Shown here in pieces: positions 39,312 to 48,190 of a DNA stretch of 64,000 nt (within the stretch, counting starts at the first letter, position 1; every line of letters starts with the position of its first letter). The DNA lies in assembly GCA_965263355.1 (NCBI GenBank), contig CBDHHL010000032.1:1728001-1792000 (forward strand). The letters are read 5' to 3'. The notes below the pieces were generated by a model, which was not told the origin of the DNA, did no database searches, and was given only the letters and a program-made list of their open reading frames with translations. The stretch is from Leptolyngbyaceae cyanobacterium. GTDB taxonomy: Bacteria; Cyanobacteriota; Cyanobacteriia; Phormidesmidales; Phormidesmidaceae. A program made the translations under genes and the position numbers.

Positions 39312-39341
39312 TAGATAAGAGAAGTTTAACGAAGGGTTAGG
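39312..39341 (-). promoter_or_regulatory. Pho box (three 11-bp-spaced repeats) upstream of 38757..39239
   Basis: Minus strand CCTAACCC-ttc-GTTAAACT-tct-CTTATCTA. Confidence 0.65.
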
Positions 39342-39402
39342 GTCATAAAATAAATTGTTATGCCACGTCTAAATCCAGCAATATTTTAGATACTGAGAAA
39401 AA

Positions 39403-40254
39403 TCACGCCATAGTAAACGGAGATAAATATTTAAGTAGTAACTTTAAAACAGATTTTGCTTTGATGGGTTTACTCACAAAGTCTGACGCACCCACCATTT
39501 TGGCCCTTATCCATGCCGAAATTCTATTAGTATTCGCCACAATAACAATGGGAGTATTTTTGAGCATAGAGATGCGCCGAATCTGAGTACACAGCTCATA
39601 GCCATTAGCTACGGGCAGTCCTAACTCTAAAAAGATTAGCTGGGGTTTGAGTTTTATGAGCTGTGATAAAACTTGTAGAGAATCAGAGATATTGACATAA
39701 CTATACCCAGCCCCCTCAACAATCTCTGCCATCACTTGGCTACTAAGGGAGTTATCATCCACACATACCACCATAGTCTCACCAAGCAGACTTTGAGAGT
39801 AGGGAGTAGTCTCTGCTTCTGGCAAAGTTGTCTGCAAATTCAACAGACTTGATGACCTCCGACTGGTACCTGCAAGATTCGTCGCGCTCTTATCTAACAG
39901 AGTTTCTATCCTCTCCAATATATGTCTAACAGAAGCAGGTTTCTTAAGATAGGCATCAAAGCCCGTTTGTATCAGTAAATGCCCGTTTACGCTGGGGTCT
40001 GCCATGGCAATCACTGGAATCAACCCTGTAGGGCTAGATTCCCTAAGTATTTTGATAGCTTGCCAGCCATTCAACCCCACTGCATCTATATCCATGACAA
40101 TCAAATCAGGGGCTTCAGTAGCAGCCAGGGTTATCCCTTCGTCGCCCCGCTGGGTCGTCACTACGTCATAGTTATACAGCTTCAGCGCACGTGTCAGGAT
40201 TTGACGACTGTCTCTATCGTTATCTATCAATAGAACTTTAGCTATATTAGCCAT
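39403..40254 (-). CDS. Response regulator with two receiver domains
   Basis: REC1 LLIDND...PDLIVMD...LKKP; REC2 VCVDDN...PQLIFLE...VSKP. Confidence 0.88.
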   Translation of the reverse strand: MANIAKVLLIDNDRDSRQILTRALKLYNYDVVTTQRGDEGITLAATEAPDLIVMDIDAVGLNGWQAIKILRESSPTGLIPVIAMADPSVNGHLLIQTGFDAYLKKPASVRHILERIETLLDKSATNLAGTSRRSSSLLNLQTTLPEAETTPYSQSLLGETMVVCVDDNSLSSQVMAEIVEGAGYSYVNISDSLQVLSQLIKLKPQLIFLELGLPVANGYELCTQIRRISMLKNTPIVIVANTNRISAWIRAKMVGASDFVSKPIKAKSVLKLLLKYLSPFTMA

Positions 40255-40676
40255 ACTAACTATAAGAATTATTTATCTTACAACTATCTATAGACAGAGA
40301 TCGATAGTCCAGCTTGATTTACTCCCGTTTTCTAGCCTAGAGATGCACTTCCGTCTAATTTAACCAGCTCTATACAAACTATCAGGCAAAATACGGACTT
40401 CGTTAAAAATATGAACTTTTATAAAGCAGTAGTTATACTTACGTATATCAATAGTCTTAATTTTGCGCTTGACGCAATGCTAGGGCTTTTGCCTTGGTTA
40501 GTTGACGTTATCTTTTAGTTTCGGGGTAAATGCCCATCAAAGCCGGTAGCAAGGAAGCTAATTAATACTGCTATTTGTTCGGGAGAAAAATTGTTGGATA
40601 CTGTCTACTATTTTGGTCCAGGGATACCTTGTAGGGGACCTTGTTGTTCTGACGCTGACCAAAAAGAGATTACTCC

Positions 40677-41225
40677 ATGAACTTCCAAAAGGTATTCATA
40701 CTGATAACAGTCTCTTTAGGAGCTGTGTTGATAGTGCCATTTATACCAAAAGCCAGGGCTAGAGGTGATTATTTTCAGCTAACGACAATGTTCCTTGAAC
40801 ATGAAAACAAGTGTTTTGAAGGCAATCGTCTGGCCCCTGAATCAGTGTTAAAGGGCGCAGCTTTTATGGATGATTGCCAAAATGTATCAGGGCAGCTGTG
40901 GAAGAAAATACCGGCTGACAATGGTTATTTTAAGCTGACCACCTTGTTTCTGGAGGGGCAGTATAAATGTCTTGAAGGGAATCAGGTAACCGATGGGTCA
41001 GTCTTAGGAGGTGCAGCCTTTATGGACAATTGTCGCAATGTGTCGAGCCAGCTATGGAAGGTGATGCCGGTCGGTAATGGTTACTATAAACTGACGACAA
41101 TGTTTCTGGAAGGTCAGAATAAGTGTCTTGACGGAAATCGTCTGGCTCCTGAGTCGATGTTGGGAGGGGCTGCCTTTATGAATGATTGTCAGGATGTATC
41201 AGGACAGCTGTGGACAATTAAGTAG
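40677..41225 (+). CDS. Secreted ricin-B-like (beta-trefoil) lectin
   Basis: Signal peptide and three ~51-aa repeats GYFxLTT..KCLEGN..GAAFMDxC.NVSGQLW. Confidence 0.82.
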   Translation: MNFQKVFILITVSLGAVLIVPFIPKARARGDYFQLTTMFLEHENKCFEGNRLAPESVLKGAAFMDDCQNVSGQLWKKIPADNGYFKLTTLFLEGQYKCLEGNQVTDGSVLGGAAFMDNCRNVSSQLWKVMPVGNGYYKLTTMFLEGQNKCLDGNRLAPESMLGGAAFMNDCQDVSGQLWTIK

Positions 41226-41227
41226 TA

Positions 41228-41452
41228 AGGGATGTGCGAGGAAATAATGTACCCTTTGAGAGGCTTGGCGATACCTGGTTCCCCTTATAAAGGGGAACCG
41301 TCAGGGAGGGGGTTTCGACACTGGCGCTATCGGTCGAAACCCCTCCGCCTACGGCACCTCCCCTAAGCCCGAAGGGCAGGCTTCGCCAACGTAAGGGGAG
41401 GAAATCCTACAACACAATTTCAAACGGGTATTTTATTTATTGGCAAGTCCCT
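41228..41452. mobile_element. MITE-like element with ~35-bp imperfect TIRs and internal palindromes
   Basis: Left agggatgtgcgaggaaataatgtaccctttgaga vs reverse complement of right end agggacttgccaataaataaaatacccgtttgaaa; internal hairpins ggttccccttataaaggggaacc and ggggtttcgac...gtcgaaacccc. Confidence 0.65.
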
Positions 41453-41577
41453 AAGTAGGATAAGCCTCGTGTGGTTCAAAGGAGATTCTTTTTTATAACG
41501 CCTGACGTTTCCTGTAATTGCTGCACTAACGACCAAAATATATCAAAATTAGGAATCTGTTTAAGTTCAACCCTGGC

Positions 41578-42374
41578 TCAATGGCTACGGAGATAGCTTA
41601 AAACACTATTTGTATGGCATTTAACATGGACTTTGGTAGCACCATTGGCAACAGTACTTTGATCCAGGGTTACAGCTTGAAGTTCTGACCAGGGCAAGGT
41701 TTTATTGTTATAAGTGATACCATCAGTACTGAGGCTTAAGGGACCAAACTCGATGGTGTCTCCCTGTTGATAGGCTTGGGTTATTTGTTGCAATTTGTTA
41801 GGAAAGATTTGAGCTTTAACATGGTCGCCCACTTCGTCAAAGCCAGAGACAATCCGTTCGCCCGTTGTCAGTTCAAACTGATATGTGTGTAAGATTTTGC
41901 CACCTTTCAGGCTGGAGCGCATTGTTCCCGTTTGAGACTGTTCAGTCAGCATACCGCCTACTAACAGTGTTGCCAGGGGTATGGCAATATTTTGATCGTA
42001 ATAAATGTCTCGTTTGGTTTGATAGATGTTTTGAATATCGCAGTACAGGATGGCACGATACTGGTGGCGTTTGACAGTTACTAAGCCATAATCATAGAGA
42101 ATTTGACGATCGTGTCGTCGGCCCATGGCTTCATAGGCACCGACTAAACCAATTAGGATGCATAGGCTGAACAGGACATAGTAGGGGGCAGCTGACTAAG
42201 GTCTACGGACTGTGGTGAGCTGAGTACAACCAATAGGATAAAGCTTAAAAAGACGATACCAATGCCTCCGACTGCTAGGGTGAGGCTGATAAATGGGTTT
42301 TTCAGTAAGGGGTAGCGATAGGTGCCGAGGGTATTGCCAAGGGGGTATTGCTGTTCTAGTTGGTCTAGTGTCAT
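41578..42374 (-). pseudogene. Membrane protein (DUF6585-like) split by a frameshift at the G5 run 42184-42188
   Basis: One extra base joins ...LSQLP to PYYVLFSLCILIGLVGAYEAMGRR; C-terminal IEFGPLSLSTDGITYNNKTLPW, apparently truncated. Confidence 0.6.
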
Positions 42375-42548
42375 GGTGCTGATAGAGGTCAGACGAGATA
42401 TTGGTAGACCCTCAAGCGCAGTTTATCTGGACGGTTTTGGTGAAGTGGTGATGGTTTCTGCCGGATGGATTGTAGAAATCGACAATTATATGGGCTCAGT
42501 ATAGTTGAATATATGGGGCAACGATGGTCTAACAGGTCAATGTAATAC

Positions 42549-42681
42549 TAGTGGTCTGGCAAGCCTAAGATTTTCGGTAAGATGGTTAAAGAGCCAAGAG
42601 TCTAAAGGGATGAAGAGTCACTCTTTACCCGTCACCCTTTATCAGTAACCAACCCGAATTTTTAGCTTTGACGATGCATTA
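42549..42681. mobile_element. 133-bp MITE-like element, copy 2
   Basis: Colinear with 32058-32190; its end overlaps the TAA of the TPR gene tail. Confidence 0.8.
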
Positions 42682-45600
42682 GTCGCTGGGTTCATTATTC
42701 TCTTGAATAGACTGAATTTTCTGAAGAGCATAGTCCTTTAAAGGGGCAACGTTAATCTCTTCGCCAATGGTAGCAGCAGCTTGTAGACTACTGATTGCTT
42801 GTTCGGTTTGGTTAAGGGCTAAGTAGGCATCAGAAATAAACATATATAGGTTTCGTCCCTGGCTATAGCGATCTCCGATTTGACTATAGACTGTTTGAGC
42901 AGTTTGATAGGCTTCCAGGGCTACGTTGGGGTCTTCCTCCAGGCTGCCAATGGCCTGAAGCGTATTGGCTTCGCCGAGGCGAGCACCCACCTGGCGATAA
43001 ATGGCGTTCTCGATGGCGTTCTCGTAGTTTTCTAAGGCCTCATCTCTGCGGTCGAGAAATTGCCAAGCTTGGACGCTTCGAGGCCAATGGCGATTCTCGA
43101 GTTCTCGTATCTAAGGCGTTTGAGAAATTTCGCTTTGAGCGTATTGGCTTCGCCGAGGCGATCACCCACCTGGCGATAAATCTCGATGGCGTTCTCGTAG
43201 TTTTCTAAGGCCTCACTACTTCGTTTGAGAAATTGCAGCACGTCGCCAATGGCTTTGAGCGTATTGGCTTCGCCGAGGCGAGCACCCACCTGGCGATAAA
43301 TCTCGATGGCGTTCTCGTAGTTTTCTAAGGCCTCATCTCTGCGGTCGAGAAATTGCAGCACGTCGCCAATGGCTTTGAGCGTATTGGCTTCGCCGAGGCG
43401 AGCACCCACCTGGCGATAAATCTCGATGGCGTTCTCGTAGTTTTCTAAGGCCTCACTACTTCGTTTGAGAAATTGCAGCACGTCGCCAATGGCTTTGAGC
43501 GTATTGGCTTCGCCGAGGCGAGCACCCACCTGGCGATAAATCTCGATGGCGTTCTCGTAGTTTTCTAAGGCCTCACTACTTCGTTTGAGAAATTGCAGCA
43601 CGTCGCCAATGGCTTGGAGCGTATTGGCTTCGCCGAGGCGATCACCCACCTGGCGATAAATCTCGATGGCGTTCTCGTAGTTTTCTAAGGCCTCACTACT
43701 TCGTTTGAGAAATTGCAGCACGTCGCCAATGGCTTGGAGCGTATTGGCTTCGCCGAGGCGATCACCCACCTGGCGATAAATCTCGATGGCGTTCTCGTAG
43801 TTTTCTAAGGCCTCATCTCTGCGGTCGAGAAATTGCAGCACGTCGCCAATGGCTTTGAGCGTATTGGCTTCGCCGAGGCGAGCACCCACCTGGCGATAAA
43901 TCTCGATGGCGTTCTCGTAGTTTTCTAAGGCCTCACTACTTCGTTTGAGAAATTGCAGCACGTCGCCAATGGCTTTGAGCGTATTGGCTTCGCCGAGGCG
44001 AGCACCCACCTGGCGATAAATCTCGATGGCGTTCTCGTAGTTTTCTAAGGCCTCACTACTTCGTTTGAGAAATTGCAGCACGTCGCCAATGGCTTGGAGC
44101 GTATTGGCTTCGCCGAGGCGATCACCCACCTGGCGATAAATCTCGATGGCGTTCTCGTAGTTTTCTAAGGCCTCACTACTTCGTTTGAGAAATTGCAGCA
44201 CGTCGCCAATGGCTTTGAGCGTATTGGCTTCGCCGAGGCGAGCACCCACCTGGCGATAAATCTCGATGGCGTTCTCGTAGTTTTCTAAGGCCTCATCTCT
44301 GCGGTTGAGAAATTGCAGCACGTCGCCAATGGCTTTGAGCGTATTGGCTTCGCCGAGGCGAGCACCCACCTGGCGATAAATCTCGATGGCGTTCTCGTAG
44401 TTTTCTAAGGCCTCATCTCTGCGGTCGAGAAATTGCAGCACGTCGCCAATGGCTTGGAGCGTATTGGCTTCGCCGAGGCGAGCACCCACCTGGCGATAAA
44501 TCTCGATGGCGTTCTCGTAGTTTTCTAAGGCCTCATCTCTGCGGTCGAGAAATTGCAGCACGTCGCCAATGGCTTTGAGCGTATTGGCTTCGCCGAGGCG
44601 AGCACCCACCTGGCGATAAATCTCGATGGCGTTCTCGTAGTTTTCTAAGGCCTCATCTCTGCGGTCGAGAAATTGCAGCACGTCGCCAATGGCTTTGAGC
44701 GTATTGGCTTCGCCGAGGCGATCACCCACCTGGCGATAAATCTCGATGGCGTTCTCGTAGTTTTCTAAGGCCTCATCTCTGCGGTCGAGAAATTGCAGCA
44801 CGTCGCCGTATTTCTTCAAAACATCAGCGTATATTCTCTTATCCTCATTTTCGGGAATCCAGCCCCATAAAGCTACCTCGTATAGCTCATGGCGGACCTG
44901 ACTATAGCCCCGTAGCTGTAACACCATATCCAAACTGCTGTAGCGGTCTTCCTCATCCGTATCCTGCCATAGCAAATTCAGGGCTTCGGTGCGTTGCTCT
45001 AACTGGCAGAGATGATAGAAAAGTTCTTTATAGGCAAATGTTTCTGCCAGCTGAGTGCTCGGTCCCAAATATGGCTGCAGCTGGGGCAAATAAAACTTGA
45101 CAGCCTTCTGATGACCATCATTATTTCCATTCCGGTTCAAATATCGCTGAATTAGCGGCTGAAACTGATACTGCCAAAGGCGCTCACCATTAATGGAGTC
45201 TTTTTGGGCCACCAGCAACGATCGTTTGGCCAGCTGCCGCAGTTGCTGATCACTTATCGTGTCGTTTACCATCGCTTGGGCCGCCTTCAGGGTAAACGGC
45301 TGTCGATAGACACTGCTATATTGCAGCACATGCCGTAGCGTTTCCGGTAGCCGCTCTAATGTTGCCTCTAGCAGTTTGGCAATGCTGGTTTCCGGTTGAC
45401 CGCGATGTAACCCAATCAGGTCAAACAGATTCATCCCGCTAATAGTAGTGAGATTATTCACATGGGGGTCGTCTTCGTCGTCGTCAAGCAGCCAGCCCGC
45501 TGACAGTTTCAACAATAGGGGATGCCCCTCTGCTGCATCCACCAGCGTTTGTAACTCTATTTCATTGCCTACTATGTCAAGCTTTTGCAATAAGCTCACT

Positions 45601-46193
45601 CCAGCCGGGGTGCTTAGACCATCTACTTGTTGCCATTTACAATAAGGCCGCACATTGGCAGGCAGCTTGGGCTCCTCTCGACTAGTGACTAAAACCTTAC
45701 TAGCACTTTTGCTGCCCAACCACCCTAATAAAAATGTCTCATAGCCGTTATCAATCCAGGTACCATCAGATTGCAGTAATGTTTCCAGGTTGTCTAAAAT
45801 CAGCAAATAGCAACCGACTGACAGTTGATTAATTACCCGATCCGCAAGTTCCTTATTACCTGTCTGGTCATCTACTGCCAGATTAAAGTGAGCTAAAAAC
45901 CATCGCCCCCAGATTGCAAACGAATAGGGCTGGTTAAACGAAATGGCCAGGGTAAATTTTATTCTATGTTCTACTCTTTGACACTGCTCCTTAATGATTT
46001 CTGCCAAAGCCGATTTGCCAAAGCCCCCAGCACCTTTAAGGCCGATCAGCTGTATGGCATCCTTTGTTAGCCAGGTGTGTAAATTTTCCAGCTCAGTCTC
46101 TCGCCCCTGCCAGTGACGGGTATCGGGACGAAAGTTGGGGCTAATAAAATCATCCGGGTTTAACGTTGGCTGGACCGCTCCAGACGACTCTAG
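42679..46193 (-). CDS. NB-ARC (STAND) - TPR NLR-like protein; no own canonical start; frame broken at scrambled repeat 42990-43135
   Basis: WQGRETEL, Walker A GAGGFGKS (upstream of the track start), Walker B LLILDNLE, VLVTSRE, GHPLLLKL; 40-aa TPR array; C-cap in ORF 42679..42990. Confidence 0.85.
43132..44807. repeat. 14 near-identical 120-bp tandem coding repeats (40-aa TPR)
   Basis: Sequence lines recur every 120 bp from 43141 to 44761; variation is confined to three sites per unit. Confidence 0.97.
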
Positions 46194-46649
46194 CTAATCG
46201 GTTTTCTGAACATAAGTAATATTTTGAGTACCGCCAATGTAGTTGGTGCTGTTATTTCCGTCGATCTGGTTAATATAGCCCGTAGCGTTGTCGTGGATAT
46301 TTTGCACAGTCGAGCTATTGTCGTTAACCTTGCCAAGGTTAATTTCCTGACCCAGCAGCGTTAGTTCATTAGCAAACTGCGGATCTTCCCGCATGGCAAT
46401 CTTCAAATAATCGGAAACGGCCTCCAGGTCTTCTGTATTACCTTGACTGGCTTCTAACCGTTTTGCTGCATTTACCGCCGGAGCGTTGCCCGTCAGTCGC
46501 GTCATAATTTTCTGGCGCAGCTCCTCCATTTTACCCAGGGCCGCTTCGGTAAATTTCTTGGCTGTTTCCCCTGCCGCCGTTTCCAAAAATTTCTTAAATG
46601 CCAACTCTGTGAGGGCTGATGCTGTGAATGTAGCGACCGGTCCGACCAT
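46194..46649 (-). CDS. Helical Bell/HeLL-like effector candidate with N/Q/G/T-rich amyloid-like tail, in frame with the NB-ARC gene
   Basis: LAFKKFLETAAGETAKKFTEAAL...AMREDPQFANEL then STVQNIHDNATGYINQIDGNNSTNYIGGTQNITY; TAG at 46194-46196. Confidence 0.65.
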   Translation of the reverse strand: MVGPVATFTASALTELAFKKFLETAAGETAKKFTEAALGKMEELRQKIMTRLTGNAPAVNAAKRLEASQGNTEDLEAVSDYLKIAMREDPQFANELTLLGQEINLGKVNDNSSTVQNIHDNATGYINQIDGNNSTNYIGGTQNITYVQKTD

Positions 46650-46754
46650 CGTGATAACCTTCAGATACTTCAATCAGTTTCGTTATAACTTAACAATCCT
46701 GATATCGGTAATTCCTGAAAGTTTTTGATAGGGTTTACAGTTTATTGCCATAGT

Positions 46755-47327
46755 TTATTGCCATGTTTCGATATCTGGCCGTAGGGGGTCCTTTAGTTGA
46801 AAGCCACCGGACATCCATGACCAAAAGTCAGGAGCGTGTAGAGCCATTCGTCTGATCGCGTAATCTGGCAAGACAAAGACCATTAGATACGGCAGTTGAA
46901 GGGTAAATACATCACGAACCCAGTTAAGATTTACTAAAAATGGCGGATATTCTCCCTTTTTACCAATCGAATTTTCTAATCCTTGCAAGATAAATACTAG
47001 CTTTTTGCCGTTGGCCTGCTTGATAACGGTTGGTAGTACAGCTTTAATTTCGGGTATCAAATAGCGGAGCTGAGGATTGTTGAACTTTAAGGTTTCAAAA
47101 TGGATGTTGTGGCAGCGTGGATGGTGTTGAAGATGATCGGCAATACCATTTATGTCCCAGGAGACTATATTCCAGGATAAACTGACTGCGATAAAGCCTA
47201 GGGTGAATCCCTCTGAGAAATCAGCAAAAACAGCTAGTTCATTGAGTGTTTTTACATTTAATTTTAAAAACTCAGTAGATAAAGAAGTGTTTAATCTCTC
47301 TTGCATGTGGTGATGATTTTGCCTCAC
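46755..47327 (-). CDS. Stand-alone (probably truncated) inactive-STAND-like domain of the type found N-terminal to cyanobacterial TPR proteins
   Basis: LVFILQGLENSI...LVNLNWVRD...MALHAPDFWSWMSG; ends at a 13-bp tandem duplication 46739-46764. Confidence 0.55.
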   Translation of the reverse strand: MRQNHHHMQERLNTSLSTEFLKLNVKTLNELAVFADFSEGFTLGFIAVSLSWNIVSWDINGIADHLQHHPRCHNIHFETLKFNNPQLRYLIPEIKAVLPTVIKQANGKKLVFILQGLENSIGKKGEYPPFLVNLNWVRDVFTLQLPYLMVFVLPDYAIRRMALHAPDFWSWMSGGFQLKDPLRPDIETWQ

Positions 47328-47488
47328 AGAGCAAATTTTATCAAACTTCCGTTTCTTGAATTCGTTGAACGTTGGGTAACTATAGATATCAGCTACCTCA
47401 GTCTATTCCTTCTTTGTCCATCCCCCCCCACAGAGATCACTATGTCCCATACAATGAAATTAAACCCAGTGCGAACACCAGACAGGCC

Positions 47489-48169
47489 ATGGCATTAACC
47501 GCGCAAGAACTGGCAGATCTAATGCCAGATGCCACTCAACTAGAAAGTAATGAACCAGAAATGGAAAGTTCGTTGCACTATGCCCAGCTAGCATTGCTAG
47601 TAGCCTGTTTAGACTGGTTATGGCGGGACCGAACCGACTTTTTTATTGGCGCTAATCTAACCATTTACTTTAGTCGAGAACAGCTCAAAAATCGTGACTA
47701 CCGTGGCCCAGACTTCTTTTTAATCAAAAATACTGAGCGGCATCCCCGCAAATCTTGGGTGGTTTGGGAAGAGCGGGGTCAATATCCCGATTTAATTATT
47801 GAATTGCTGTCCGAGTCAACGGCAAAGACCGATAAAAACTTAAAGAAGGCCCTCTATCAAGACCGATTTCGCACGCCAGAATATTTCTGGTTTTCACCGG
47901 AGACCCTAGAGTTTGAAGGGTTTCGATTAGTGGACCAACGCTATGAACCAATCGCGCCCACAGAAAATGGATACCTTTGGAGTCAGGCCCTTGAGCTTTA
48001 CCTGGGTGTTCAAGCAGGGCAGTTGCGCTATTTCCAAGAAAATAGGGAGCTGGTGTTAACCCCTGAGGAAGCAGCAGAACAGGCTCAAACGCAGGCTCAG
48101 GAAGCTGCAGCACGAGCTGCTAGATTAGCAGAGCAGCTAAGGGCATTGGGCATAGAACCGGATAGTTAG
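47489..48169 (+). CDS. Uma2 (DUF820) family endonuclease
   Basis: EPEMESSLH, RGPDFF, RKSWVVWEE, PDLIIELLSEST, TPEYFWF. Confidence 0.92.
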   Translation: MALTAQELADLMPDATQLESNEPEMESSLHYAQLALLVACLDWLWRDRTDFFIGANLTIYFSREQLKNRDYRGPDFFLIKNTERHPRKSWVVWEERGQYPDLIIELLSESTAKTDKNLKKALYQDRFRTPEYFWFSPETLEFEGFRLVDQRYEPIAPTENGYLWSQALELYLGVQAGQLRYFQENRELVLTPEEAAEQAQTQAQEAAARAARLAEQLRALGIEPDS

Positions 48170-48190
48170 AGGGCTAACTCTGGCAAGACC

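Noticed and set aside
43132..44807. 120-bp repeats as a CRISPR array or DGR template/variable repeats
   Set aside because: In-frame TPR coding repeats; no spacers, no reverse transcriptase in the window, and variation is not an adenine-specific TR/VR pattern.
46005..46007. TTG start given for the 991-aa NB-ARC-TPR ORF
   Set aside because: It lies downstream of the in-frame Walker A GAGGFGKS, so it would give an incomplete NTPase.
46190..46196. TAG-CTAG context as proof of programmed readthrough
   Set aside because: The CUAG readthrough context is established for eukaryotic UGA stops, not for bacteria; not counted as evidence.
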